Below, one piece after another: positions 48,901 through 57,764 of a stretch of DNA of 64,000 bases. Both the position numbers and the translations under genes were made by a program. The notes beneath the pieces are model-generated. The model made no database searches. It saw only the letters and a program-made list of their open reading frames with translations, and was not told the origin of the DNA. The stretch's first letter is position 1, and every line of letters begins with the position of its first letter. This stretch comes from an uncultured Actinomycetes bacterium (GTDB lineage Bacteria; Actinomycetota; UBA4738; HRBIN12). The stretch lies in NCBI GenBank assembly GCA_963713185.1, contig CAVQKV010000004.1, positions 163,810 to 227,809 on the forward strand, written 5' to 3'.

Positions 48901-49328
48901 ATGCGCACGAACCTGACCCTCGACGACATCGGTGGCCTGCTCGACGAGCCGCTCGTCGCGGTCCTGGCGACGCTCCGTTCGAGACGGTTCGGTCCAGCTC
49001 TCGCCGGTCTGGCACGAGTGGCGAGACGGCGGGTTCAACCTCTGGCTCCCGGCGGATGACGTCAAGAGCCGTCATCTGCGGCGCGATCCTCGAGCCACGA
49101 TCGTCGTGGCCGAGTCCGTGGAGCCGCTCCGGGGCGTGGAGCTCCGCACCGAGGCGCGCCTGCTGCACCGCTGCGACGACTTCGTCCGATGCGATCCGCA
49201 TCGCGACGCGCTACGTGGGTCCGGAGAAGGGCGCGGCGTACGTGGAAGACGCGCCGTATGACTCCGTGATCGCCCGGCTCGAGCCCGGTCACCTGCGGAT
49301 CTGGGACTTCGCGGACGAGTCCGACTGA
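48901..49328 (+). pseudogene. Pyridoxamine 5'-phosphate oxidase-family (PPOX class, probably F420-dependent) protein with two apparent frameshifts (near 48980 and 49187)
   Basis: MRTNLTLDDIGGLLDEPLVAVLATLR (frame 1), DGSVQLSPVWHEWRDGGFNLWLPADDVKSRHLRRDPRATIVVAE (frame 2), DAIRIATRYVGPEKGAAYVEDAPYDSVIARLEPGHLRIWDF (frame 3). Confidence 0.75.
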
Positions 49329-49494
49329 CCGTGCTCCCACAGGCGTAGCCCACGGGGAAGAAGGGAAACCCCATCTGAGTTGCGATCGGTAGAGCCGGGA
49401 CCCGTTCGGAGGTCCGACTCCGACCGATGAGTTGGCGCCCGATCCGAGGTCGGACCAGAGAGCAACCCAGGCAGCACGGAGGGAGGAGGCCCCC

Positions 49495-50874
49495 ATGAGC
49501 ACGTCATCGACCATCTCGATCCCGAAGCTCCGTGCGGACGTCCGTGGCCAGGCGATCGGTCCCGACGACGTCGGGTACGACGAAGCCCGAACGCCCTTCT
49601 ACGGTGGGATCGACCGGCGCCCGGCCGCGATCGTCCGGGTCGCCGACGAGATGGACGTCGCGCGCGTGATCGCGCTGGTGCGCGAGGCCGACGTCGAGCT
49701 CGCGGTCCGCGGCGGCGGCCACAGCATCCCCGGTCACAGCGTGTCCGAGGGCGGGATCGTGGTCGACCTCAGGCGCATGCGGGCGATCGACATCGACGCC
49801 GGAGGGCCCACCGCGTGGGCCCAGACCGGCCTCACCGCCGCCGAGTTCACCGCCGCCACCGCGGCGCACGGACTCGGCGTGGGGTTCGGCGACACCGGCT
49901 CCGTGGGGGTCGGCGGGATCACCCTGGGCGGCGGGGTCGGCTACCTGGTCCGCAAGCACGGCCTCACGATCGACAGCCTGCTGGCCGCCGAGATCGTCAC
50001 CGCGGACGGCGAGCTCCGCCGCGTCGACGCCGACAACGAGCCCGACCTGTTCTGGGCGATCCGCGGCGGTGGTGGGAACTTCGGGATCGCGACGCGGTTC
50101 CTCTTCGGCCTACACCAGGTCGACACGGTCGTCGGCGGCATGCTGCTGCTGCCCGCGACGGCCGGCACGATCGCCGGGTTCATGGCCGAGGCCGATGCCG
50201 CCCCCGAGGAGCTCTCGTCGATCGCGAACGTGATGCCCGCGCCGCCGATGCCGTTCCTGCCCGAGGAGGCCCACGGCAAGCTCGCGATCATGGCGCTGAT
50301 GACCTACGCCGGCGACGTCGAGGCGGGCCAGGAGGCGTTGGCGCCGTTCCGAGCGCTCGCCGAGCCGATCGTCGACATGCTCCGGCCGATGCCCTACCCG
50401 GAGGTCTACCCGCCGGAGGAGGAGGGCTACCACCCGGTCGCGACGGCCCACACGATGTTCGTCGACACGATCGGCCGCCCCGAGGCCGAGACGATCCTCG
50501 AGCACCTGGGGACCTCGACCGCGATGATGCGGGTGGCGCAGCTCCGAACGCTCGGCGGTGCGATGGCCCGGGTGCCCGTCGACGCGACGGCGTTCGCGCA
50601 CCGGCAGAGCAAGATCATGGTGAACGTGGCGGCGGTGTACGAGCGTCCCGAGGAGCGCGTGGTTCACGAACCGTGGGTCGAGGCGTTCGCGGCCGCGCTC
50701 AATCAGGGCGACGACGGCGCGTACGTCAACTTCCTGGGCGACGAGGGCGACGCGCGGATCCGGGCGGCGTACCCAGGCCAGACCTGGGACCGCCTCACGA
50801 AGATCAAGGCGCGATACGACCCGACGAACCTGTTCCGGCTCAACCAGAACATCCCGCCGGAGGGGGCGAGATGA
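49495..50874 (+). CDS. FAD-binding oxidoreductase (FAD_binding_4 / BBE-like)
   Basis: ATG 49495 follows GGAGGGAGGAGG. AVRGGGHS, FWAIRGGGGNFGIATRF, and the C-terminal BBE-like YDPTNLFRLNQNI. Confidence 0.85.
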   Translation: MSTSSTISIPKLRADVRGQAIGPDDVGYDEARTPFYGGIDRRPAAIVRVADEMDVARVIALVREADVELAVRGGGHSIPGHSVSEGGIVVDLRRMRAIDIDAGGPTAWAQTGLTAAEFTAATAAHGLGVGFGDTGSVGVGGITLGGGVGYLVRKHGLTIDSLLAAEIVTADGELRRVDADNEPDLFWAIRGGGGNFGIATRFLFGLHQVDTVVGGMLLLPATAGTIAGFMAEADAAPEELSSIANVMPAPPMPFLPEEAHGKLAIMALMTYAGDVEAGQEALAPFRALAEPIVDMLRPMPYPEVYPPEEEGYHPVATAHTMFVDTIGRPEAETILEHLGTSTAMMRVAQLRTLGGAMARVPVDATAFAHRQSKIMVNVAAVYERPEERVVHEPWVEAFAAALNQGDDGAYVNFLGDEGDARIRAAYPGQTWDRLTKIKARYDPTNLFRLNQNIPPEGAR

Positions 50875-51662
50875 ACACGGTGACCTCGAGGGACGGCACC
50901 ACGATCGCGTTCGACGAGTCGGGGGAGGGCCCACCGCTGCTGGTCGTGGGCGGCGCGCTGAGCAATCGCTACGCCGCCGCGACCCAGGCCGGCCTGCTCG
51001 CCCCGACCTTCACGGTGTACACGTACGACCGGCGCGGGCGTGGCGACAGCGGCGACACGCTCCCGTACGCGGTCGAACGCGAGGTCGAGGACGTCCAAGC
51101 GCTCGTCGAGGACGCGGGCGGGACCGCCTACGCGATCGGTCACTCGTCGGGCGCCGTGCTCGCGCTCGAGGCCGCGGCCGCGACCCCGGGCATCACGAAG
51201 CTCGTGCTGTACGAACCTCCGTTCATCGTCGACGACTCCCGCCCGCCGTTGCCGAACGACTACGTCCCGCACCTCGAAGAGCTGGCCGCGAGCGACCGCC
51301 GCGGCGAGGCCGTCGAGTACTTCATGACCACGGGCGTCGGCGTGCCGGCCGAGGCGATCCCCTCGATGAAGGAGTCGCCGTTCTGGCCGTCGCTGGAGGC
51401 GATGGCGCACACGATCTCGTACGACGGCCGGATCATGGGCGACAACATGGCCGGCAAGCCGCTCCCCAGCGATCGGTGGTCCACGGTCACGATCCCGACG
51501 CTGGTGATCGACGGTGGGGCGAGCCCGGACTGGGCACGCAACGCGGTGCAGGGGCTCGTCGATGTCCTCCCCAACGCGCGACGCCTGACGATGGACGGGC
51601 AGACGCACGAGGTCGACCCGACGCTCCTGGCGCCGATCCTGACGGAGTTCTTCACGAGCTGA
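50871..51662 (+). CDS. Alpha/beta hydrolase
   Basis: The ATG overlaps the upstream stop (ATGA). Nucleophile elbow GHSSGA, plus a distal His in DGQTHEV. Confidence 0.8.
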   Translation: MNTVTSRDGTTIAFDESGEGPPLLVVGGALSNRYAAATQAGLLAPTFTVYTYDRRGRGDSGDTLPYAVEREVEDVQALVEDAGGTAYAIGHSSGAVLALEAAAATPGITKLVLYEPPFIVDDSRPPLPNDYVPHLEELAASDRRGEAVEYFMTTGVGVPAEAIPSMKESPFWPSLEAMAHTISYDGRIMGDNMAGKPLPSDRWSTVTIPTLVIDGGASPDWARNAVQGLVDVLPNARRLTMDGQTHEVDPTLLAPILTEFFTS

Positions 51663-51692
51663 GCCGCGTCCGCGCGTGCCCGGTCGACCTCG
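51662..51692. repeat. Intergenic GC-rich repeat, copy H (degenerate)
   Basis: AGCCGCGTCCGCGCGTGCCCGGTCGACCTCGG lies directly after the hydrolase stop. It aligns with copy G1 (GCGCGTGACCAGTCAGACCCTCC). Confidence 0.45.
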
Positions 51693-51837
51693 GCGACGGA
51701 CGTCCCCACTGCTACCGCGAGTCCACGATCGCGATTCTCGCATGGCCAGGCTCGTGGGCACGACGGTGTTCGCATCGGGCGCCGTCATGCTCGACCACGA
51801 ACCTCGGGACACGTGAGGACCATTATCCTGGTGGGTC

Positions 51838-52347
51838 ATGGGTCGCTCGCTCCTCGACGACGCCTTCGCGCACCATGTGTGGGCGACGCTGCGGCTGATC
51901 GATGCATGCCGCTCGCTCACGCCGGGACAGCTGAACGCGCCCGTCCCCGGAACCTACGGGTCGATCCTGGGAACCATGCGCCATCTGGTCGGCGGCGACA
52001 CGTACTACCTGTCGCACCTGACGGGCGATCCCGCTCGGGAGATCGAAACGGAGCGGATGGATCTCGTGGAACTAAGAGCCGAGATGGAGGCCGACGAACG
52101 GACCTGGGTCGAGCTCCTCGCCGAGGACGTCGACCCCGATGCCGTCGTGAAAGACGTCGACGAGGAGGGCTATGAGCGGGACGCCTCGATCGGCATCCGG
52201 CTCGCCCAGGCGATCCACCACGGGACCGACCATCGGAGCCAGATCTGCACGGCGCTGACGACGTTTGGCGTCGAGCCACCGATCATCGACGTCTGGGGGT
52301 TCGGCGCCCGGACCGGGCTCGTCGTCGAGGTTCCGCCCGCGTCCTAG
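51838..52347 (+). CDS. DinB family protein
   Basis: DAFAHHVWATLRLIDAC...ILGTMRHLVGGDTYY...AQAIHHGTDHRSQI has the DinB His triad pattern. Confidence 0.8.
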   Translation: MGRSLLDDAFAHHVWATLRLIDACRSLTPGQLNAPVPGTYGSILGTMRHLVGGDTYYLSHLTGDPAREIETERMDLVELRAEMEADERTWVELLAEDVDPDAVVKDVDEEGYERDASIGIRLAQAIHHGTDHRSQICTALTTFGVEPPIIDVWGFGARTGLVVEVPPAS

Positions 52348-52349
52348 CC

Positions 52350-52375
52350 GCCGGGGTGCTGGCCGAAGCGACCTC
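52350..52375. repeat. Intergenic GC-rich repeat, copy D (degenerate)
   Basis: GCCGGGGTGCTGGCCGAAGCGACCTCC lies 3 nt after the DinB stop. It is closest to copy E. Confidence 0.45.
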
Positions 52376-52518
52376 CCCACGCCATCGCACACCCGAACGT
52401 TCCCGACACTCGGGCCCCTCATGGGTCCTCATGGACCCCATGGAAGGGGTCCGGCGGCCCCCAGAGACGGGTGCGCGGCGGGGATGATGACCGTGTGGAG
52501 GGAAGGAGATGAGGCGAC

Positions 52519-53283
52519 ATGCCCGTTGCTGATCCCTCGTTCGGCTGGCAAGAGGCCATGGCTGCGTTCGCCATCATCGCGGTCGTCGCGTTCCTGGTGA
52601 CGTGGGTCGTGACGGACCTCGGTCACGTGCCGCGAACGCCCTATGTGGCGACCCTCACGCTGACGACCGTCGCCCTCGCGGGCGGTTACCTCGCTCGGTC
52701 GGGCACGTCCGGGGCCGACCTCGTCACGCAAGGGTGGGGCTGGGGCATCGTCGCGGGTCTGGTCGCGGCCGCGCTGGTCGCACCCCTCGTGCGTCGCCTA
52801 CCCAAGGGACCTCGGTCGGAAGGCCCGCAGCTCATCGGACGCCTCCTATGGGAAGGGGTCGTGTACGGAACCGCGGAGGCGATCCTGCTCGCGACCCTTC
52901 CGGTCCTGGCGGTCTGGCAGGCCGCCGATGCGCTCGGCTGGACGGGCACGGGCTGGGCGGATGCGGCTTCGGGCGCGCTCGCGGTGGCCGGAGCCCTGTT
53001 CGTCATCTTGGTGCACCACCTTGGGTACCGGGAGTTCAGGGCGTCGAGGAAGATGCTGGCGGGTGCGCTGGCGGGTTGCGGCATCCAGGCGCTTGCGTTC
53101 CTCCTCACCGGGAACGTGCTCGCGCCGATCGTCGCTCACATCGTGCTGCACTGGCAGCTGACGTTCCGCGGCAGCGAGATGCCGCCCCAGTCGGACGCCA
53201 ACCGTGGGGCCCCTGGCGTCGTCGGTCGCGTGGGGCTGCCCGAGTCACCCGCGCCGGCGAAGGACCTCGTCGCGCAGCGGTGA
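52519..53283 (+). CDS. Polytopic membrane protein, function unknown (CPBP-protease-like features are weak)
   Basis: 254 aa with 6-7 hydrophobic helices. It has an EGVVYGTAEAI block and conserved His residues (LVHHLGYRE, VAHIVLH). Confidence 0.55.
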   Translation: MPVADPSFGWQEAMAAFAIIAVVAFLVTWVVTDLGHVPRTPYVATLTLTTVALAGGYLARSGTSGADLVTQGWGWGIVAGLVAAALVAPLVRRLPKGPRSEGPQLIGRLLWEGVVYGTAEAILLATLPVLAVWQAADALGWTGTGWADAASGALAVAGALFVILVHHLGYREFRASRKMLAGALAGCGIQALAFLLTGNVLAPIVAHIVLHWQLTFRGSEMPPQSDANRGAPGVVGRVGLPESPAPAKDLVAQR

Positions 53284-53299
53284 CCGTCGTCTCGCGCAA

Positions 53300-53390
53300 G
53301 CCACCGATGGCGGTGGCCCACCGCGTCGAAGGGGTCGATGCCTCACGTGCCGGGGCGCACGTGCCAGCTTGGAGAGAGATGCGATAAGCG
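53300..53390. repeat. Intergenic GC-rich repeat, copy A (long form)
   Basis: Hairpin GCCACCG-ATGG-CGGTGGC at 53300-53317. Core GCCGGGGCGCACGTGCCAGCTTGG at 53349-53372. Confidence 0.65.
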
Positions 53391-53391
53391 C

Positions 53392-54084
53392 CTACCTGCG
53401 ACCGGGTTCCGCGGGATCCGTGTGGGTCTGTCGGGCGGACCGAGGACGCACCATGAGGTTGACGACGCTGCCGGCGATCGCGCCCAGTGCGGCGCCCCCG
53501 ATGACGTCGAGCGGGAGATGCGCGCCGACGTAGATGCGGCCGAAGAGCACCACCGTCCCGAGCGCCAGGGCCACGATCACCCACCGCATCGAGAGGTGGG
53601 CGGCCACCACGACGGTGAGCGCGGCAGCGACGGCAGCGTGTCCCGACGGGTAGCCGAGGCTGTCCGCCCCGAACAGCTCGCGCTCTTCCACGGACGTGAG
53701 GACCGCGGCCGGCCGGCCTCGGTCCACGACGCCCTTTACCACGAGGGCCACCAAGTACACCCCGACCCCCGCGAGCGCGATGGCGAGGGCCAGACGGAAC
53801 CGGCGGAATAGGAGCGCGACCACGGCGAGGGCAGGGATCGTGATGAACGTGCCGTACTGCATGAAGGGCCACACCGCCGTGTAGAGACCCTGGGGCAGGT
53901 CGTTCACCGCCCGGAAGATGCTGACTTCGAGCGCGGCGAGCTCGGCCCGGGCCACCAGCATCGTCGTCGCGAGCACCACCACGGCCGCGCACAGGACGAC
54001 GAGGTTCCATCTTGTCCGCGCGAGGGCGGGCTCGTCGGACGGCTGCCGAGCCGGTCCAGCCCGCTGCGCCGCTTCCTCGGTCAC
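53392..54084 (-). CDS. PAP2-family phosphatase (membrane)
   Basis: KGVVDRGRP, YPSGHAA and GRIYVGAHLPLDVIGG are the three PAP2 motifs. The likely start is GTG 54084 after GGAGGGG. The longer ORF to 54249 crosses an intergenic repeat. Confidence 0.8.
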   Translation of the reverse strand: MTEEAAQRAGPARQPSDEPALARTRWNLVVLCAAVVVLATTMLVARAELAALEVSIFRAVNDLPQGLYTAVWPFMQYGTFITIPALAVVALLFRRFRLALAIALAGVGVYLVALVVKGVVDRGRPAAVLTSVEERELFGADSLGYPSGHAAVAAALTVVVAAHLSMRWVIVALALGTVVLFGRIYVGAHLPLDVIGGAALGAIAGSVVNLMVRPRSARQTHTDPAEPGRR

Positions 54085-54141
54085 GGCTCGATCCCCTCCA
54101 CAGGAGAGGCCGAGTATGAGCTGGGCACCTGCCGAAAGCGA

Positions 54142-54228
54142 GCCGGTGGCGGGCGCCCGGATGCTGCCCCGATCGGCCTCTCGGGCCGGGGCGCAAGTTC
54201 CGGCTTGGGCGAAGCAGCCGATCCGCTC
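54142..54228. repeat. Intergenic GC-rich repeat, copy B (long form)
   Basis: CCG-GTGG-CGG box near 54143-54152. Core GCCGGGGCGCAAGTTCCGGCTTGG at 54185-54208. About 24 of 30 core positions match copy A. Confidence 0.65.
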
Positions 54229-54320
54229 GAAGTCGTGAACACGGCGCATGCGGTGCTCTTCGGTGACCAGACCCTAACCCGCACAGACCCTCTCTGGCGG
54301 GGGTTCGCTACGCTCACTAG

Positions 54321-54779
54321 ATGACCACGGACCCCGAGATTCGGGTTCGGCGGGCGGGCCGGGCAGACGGGGCGGAAGTCGCACGATTCGGGGAGGCGTT
54401 CGACAACGAAGTGCTCGCCGAGGAAACCAGGCGATTCCTCAACGATGATCGACATCACCTGGTGCTCGGGTACGTTGACGATCGGCCCGCAGGGTTCGCT
54501 TCGGCAGTAGAAGTCTTCCACCCGGACAAGCGGTGCGAACTCTTCCTGAACGAGGTCGCGGTCATGGAAGGAGTTCGCCGACATGGGGTGGCTCGGGCTC
54601 TGATCCGCGAGCTGAAGCGCGTTGGCCGCGAACGGGGGTGCGTCAGCATGTGGGTCTTGACAGACGAGGACAACGCGCCCGCGATGGGCCTATACCGGGG
54701 CACCGGTGGACAGTGGGACGGCGAGCAGAGCGTGATGTTCGAGTACGACCTCACCACCGGTGAGCCCGCGGAGACGTGA
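54321..54779 (+). CDS. GNAT family N-acetyltransferase
   Basis: 152 aa. EVAVMEGVRRHGVARALIRELKRVGRERG is the acetyl-CoA-binding motif A. Confidence 0.8.
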   Translation: MTTDPEIRVRRAGRADGAEVARFGEAFDNEVLAEETRRFLNDDRHHLVLGYVDDRPAGFASAVEVFHPDKRCELFLNEVAVMEGVRRHGVARALIRELKRVGRERGCVSMWVLTDEDNAPAMGLYRGTGGQWDGEQSVMFEYDLTTGEPAET

Positions 54780-54787
54780 CCTCAGGC

Positions 54788-54815
54788 GCCGGGGCGCGTG
54801 ACCAGTCAGACCCTC
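54788..54815. repeat. Intergenic GC-rich repeat, copy G1
   Basis: GCCGGGGCGCGTGACCAGTCAGACCCTCC lies 8 nt after the GNAT stop. It shares GCGTGACCAGT with copy G2. Confidence 0.6.
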
Positions 54816-55016
54816 CCGATGTGCGCGGTCAGCAGCTCGAGCCTAGTCTTCGACGAACGGCTCCGGTGTCGGTCGCCGCCCAGTGCGACGTGACGATCTG
54901 ACCGGTGTTCGGGCGGTTCGGGTGTGGTCGGTAGGCAGGGCTCGTTGAGGACTTGCTCGCCGTGACCCCCGACTTCCGACAGTTGGAACTGCAACCCATA
55001 TCCCGAGGAGGAGGCG

Positions 55017-55654
55017 ATGGGCGAGCCGATCGCACCGCGACACTTCCACGAGGCCGACTGGCGGGTGATACGACACGCCGCGTGCGCGCACTTCCGCACC
55101 GGATCGTTCGAAGCCGGCATCGCGCTGGTGGAGGAGATCGGCAGGCTGGCCGACGCCGCCAACCATCACCCAGATATCGATCTGCGGTCGGAGGGGGTAA
55201 CGGTGCGTCTGATCTCGAACAGCATCGGGGAGTTCAGCGAGCGTGATGTCACGCTCGCGGGACAGATCTCGTCGGCGGCGCGAGAACTGGACGCTCCCGT
55301 GGACCCGAGCGCCCTGCAGATCGTCCAGGTTGCGATCGACGCGCTCGTGATCCCCGAGGTGATGCCGTTCTGGCGCGCCGTGCTCGGCTACCGAGAGATC
55401 GGCGACGACGACCTGGCCGACCGGCGTTCCGAGGGGCCACCGGTCTGGTTCCAGCAGATGGACGCGCCGCGTCCACAGCGCAACCGGATCCACATCGATG
55501 TCTACGTGCCGCACGACCAGGCGGAGGCGCGCGTCGCCGCCGCGATCGCCGCGGGTGGTCATCTATGAGCGACGAGCACGCCCCGGGGTGGTGGACCCTG
55601 GCCGACGCCGAGGGCAACGAGGTCGACCTCGCCCCTTGGCCGGACCGCGACTGA
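55017..55654 (+). pseudogene. Pterin-4a-carbinolamine dehydratase (PCD/DCoH) domain fused to a VOC/glyoxalase-like domain, with an apparent frameshift near 55561
   Basis: PCD block: ANHHPDIDLRSEGVTVRL. VOC-like block: FWRAVLGYRE...RIHIDVYVP. The natural C-terminus SDEHAPGWWTLADAEGNEVDLAPWPDRD* lies in the next frame (ATG 55565 to TGA 55652-55654). Confidence 0.7.
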
Positions 55655-55687
55655 AACGATGGGTCTGCGGTGTCGGCACTGGAGTTC

Positions 55688-55780
55688 TCCGGATGGCCGG
55701 AACCGACACCCGCTCCCAAGTCTCAACGCGGTCACGACGCGCCGGAGCGCAAGTACCGTTTGGCGCTTAGCCCGAAGAGC
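55688..55780. repeat. Intergenic GC-rich repeat, copy C (long form)
   Basis: Hairpin TCCGG-ATGG-CCGGA at 55688-55701. Core GCCGGAGCGCAAGTACCGTTTGGCGC starting at 55741. Confidence 0.65.
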
Positions 55781-55786
55781 CCTTTC

Positions 55787-56110
55787 TCACAGCACCTGGA
55801 GAACCGGCTGGGTGGCCTTTGTCAGTCCCTCCATGACCGCGAAGTCGTGGGACGCGAGGTCCGATACCGAATCGTCGCTAAGAACCGATGCCCATAGCTC
55901 GGTCGCCAAGAAGCTCTCATACGCCTCCCGGTCCCGCCAGAGGTACATGCCGCCATAGACCTTGTCGTCAGCATTCTTGAGCCAGACCTTTGCGAGGAGA
56001 CCCGGGACGACGGCCATCATCGACGCGAACTCCTGGTTGGCCTCGATGAAGTCAGAGTCGCTCATATCCTCCATGCCGGACAACCGGTAGGTAACGACCT
56101 GAACATGCAT
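55787..56110 (-). CDS. YdhR-like putative monooxygenase (dimeric alpha-beta barrel), 107 aa
   Basis: ATG 56110 follows GGGAGG. MHVQVVTYRLSGM...MAVVPGLLAKVWL...GGMYLWRDREAYESF. Confidence 0.65.
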   Translation of the reverse strand: MHVQVVTYRLSGMEDMSDSDFIEANQEFASMMAVVPGLLAKVWLKNADDKVYGGMYLWRDREAYESFLATELWASVLSDDSVSDLASHDFAVMEGLTKATQPVLQVL

Positions 56111-56208
56111 GGCTGCCTCCCACTTCTCCTCGCGCCCGAGATGGGCGAACCGTTGCCACTCTTCCAGAGCGGGTCGGCCCTGGATAGGGGCGGTTAGCGG
56201 CGGCTCCT

Positions 56209-56240
56209 GCCGGGGGGCGTGACCAGTTTGGGCGCATGAC
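56209..56240. repeat. Intergenic GC-rich repeat, copy G2
   Basis: GCCGGGGGGCGTGACCAGTTTGGGCGCATGAC. It aligns with copy C (ACC.GTTTGG.CGC) and copy B (CTTGGGCG). Confidence 0.6.
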
Positions 56241-56350
56241 TCGTTCTTCCTACTGATACGAGCAAACGCGGGAGCGTGACTAGGTTGCTTCCCTTTGGGT
56301 GGAAGACCATAGTCAGTGATCGATCTCATCAACTGGAGGGGGAAACCAGA

Positions 56351-57085
56351 GTGAGCCCACTTAGAAGGATTGCGTCGCTTGCAGGCTGGCTTTTCATCGT
56401 CACCTTCATAGCCTCCATCCCAGCCTTCTTCATCTGCTACAAGCCGTTGCTGGATCACCCCAACTACATCGTCGGTGCAGGTGCGGACAGTCGCGTCGCC
56501 CTCGGAGCGCTCCTCGAGATGATCGTCATCGTGGCCAACATCGGTACGGCCGTCGTGTTGTTCCCGATCCTCAAGCGGCAGAACGAAAGCCTCGCTCTCG
56601 GCTACGTCACCGCCCGCGTCGTGGAATCCGTGTTCATCGGCGTCGGCATCCTCAGCCTCATGGCGGTCGTGACGTTGCGGCAGGACGTCGGGGCCGCCGG
56701 CGGGGACTCGCTCGTCATCGCCGGCCGGTCGCTCGTCGCGATCCACGACTGGACGTTCCTGCTCGGGCCCGGCTGGGTCGTCGGCCTCGGGAACGGGCTG
56801 ATCCTGGGCTACCTGATGTACGCGTCCGGTTTGGTGCCGCGCCGAATGACCTGGCTGGGCCTGATCGGAGGTCCGCTGATCATCCTGTCGGGGACCCTGG
56901 TGCTGTTCAACGTCATCGAGCCAGGCTCCTCAGCACAGGCGATCGCGACGATCCCGGAGTTCTTCTGGGAGCTGTCGCTCGGCATCTACCTCATCGTCAA
57001 GGGATTCAGGCCGTCTCCCATCACCGCCGGACTCGAGTCACCGGCCGCCGCTACTCCGGGTGTAATGCTCGTCGACCCGGCGTAG
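56351..57085 (+). CDS. DUF4386-domain membrane protein
   Basis: GTG 56351 follows GGAGGGGGA. LAGWLFIVTFIASIPA...LLEMIVIVANIGTAVVLFPILK...IPEFFWELSLGIYLIVKGF. Confidence 0.7.
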   Translation: MSPLRRIASLAGWLFIVTFIASIPAFFICYKPLLDHPNYIVGAGADSRVALGALLEMIVIVANIGTAVVLFPILKRQNESLALGYVTARVVESVFIGVGILSLMAVVTLRQDVGAAGGDSLVIAGRSLVAIHDWTFLLGPGWVVGLGNGLILGYLMYASGLVPRRMTWLGLIGGPLIILSGTLVLFNVIEPGSSAQAIATIPEFFWELSLGIYLIVKGFRPSPITAGLESPAAATPGVMLVDPA

Positions 57086-57139
57086 CTCGGAGCCCCGACT
57101 TCGGCCGGTCGCCCGGCGTGCCGCGAGGGCCACCGCTGC

Positions 57140-57165
57140 GCCGGGGCGCGCTGGCCTCGGCCTCC
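57140..57165. repeat. Intergenic GC-rich repeat, copy E (degenerate)
   Basis: GCCGGGGCGCGCTGGCCTCGGCCTCC, preceded by GGCCACCG as in copy A. Confidence 0.45.
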
Positions 57166-57180
57166 GTCAGGCTGCGATGG

Positions 57181-57531
57181 TCAGTTCCCCCAGAGCGGCC
57201 GGACCTCGATCGTTCCCGTCTGGGCGATGGGGTGCCCGCCTGCGATCTCAACGGCCTCCTCCAAACTGCCGCACTCGAGGATGTCGAACCCCCCGACCGC
57301 CTCCTTGGTTTCGGCGAACGGACCATCGGTGACCAGCGGCTTCCCATCGCGAACGCGAACCGAGCGAGCTCGGCGCGGTGGAGCCAGCTGATCGCCCGTG
57401 ATCCAGATGCCCCGCGCCTGGAGGTCGTCCAACCACGGGAGGCTCTCCTCAGGCGTGGCGTCGGTCGGGTCCGGTTCGGTCTGAGCGTCCATCCGCTCGG
57501 CATCCCAGCAGACCAGCAGCAGGAACTTCAT
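57181..57531 (-). CDS. YciI family protein (DGPF domain)
   Basis: ATG 57531 follows GGAAGGAG. MKFLLLV...VTDGPFAETKEAVGGFDILECGSLEEAVEIA. Confidence 0.8.
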   Translation of the reverse strand: MKFLLLVCWDAERMDAQTEPDPTDATPEESLPWLDDLQARGIWITGDQLAPPRRARSVRVRDGKPLVTDGPFAETKEAVGGFDILECGSLEEAVEIAGGHPIAQTGTIEVRPLWGN

Positions 57532-57764
57532 CGTCGCTCCTTCCCTCGTTCGGTGTGGGACGTTCCCATCTGGATGAACGACGAACAAGGTGAGCCCGAG
57601 ATCGACATCTCTGACGAAGATCGTTCGCCCAACATCCACCAGCCCTCGCGGACGGCCTGTGAAGAGATCGTCGAGTCCCGGCCGGAGGAGGACGCGGCGC
57701 CTCGGCGTCGCTGAGGCGACGTTAGGCTGGGTTCCATCCTTCCTGGCCCAGGTGATCACCGCTG

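Noticed and set aside
54085-54249. Longer N-terminus for the PAP2 gene (start at 54249)
   Set aside because: The extension reads through intergenic repeat copy B (peptide ...AQAGTCAPAR...). GTG 54084 has a GGAGGGG RBS and sits just before the first TM helix.
51662-57727. Classical integron attC sites or an integron
   Set aside because: The repeat copies do not show the R''/R' core pair (RYYYAAC ... GTTRRRY). The only GTTAGGC I saw (57721-57727) is isolated. No IntI-like tyrosine recombinase is in the window, and gene orientation is mixed. The cassette-like layout is kept as a finding, but not as a classical integron.
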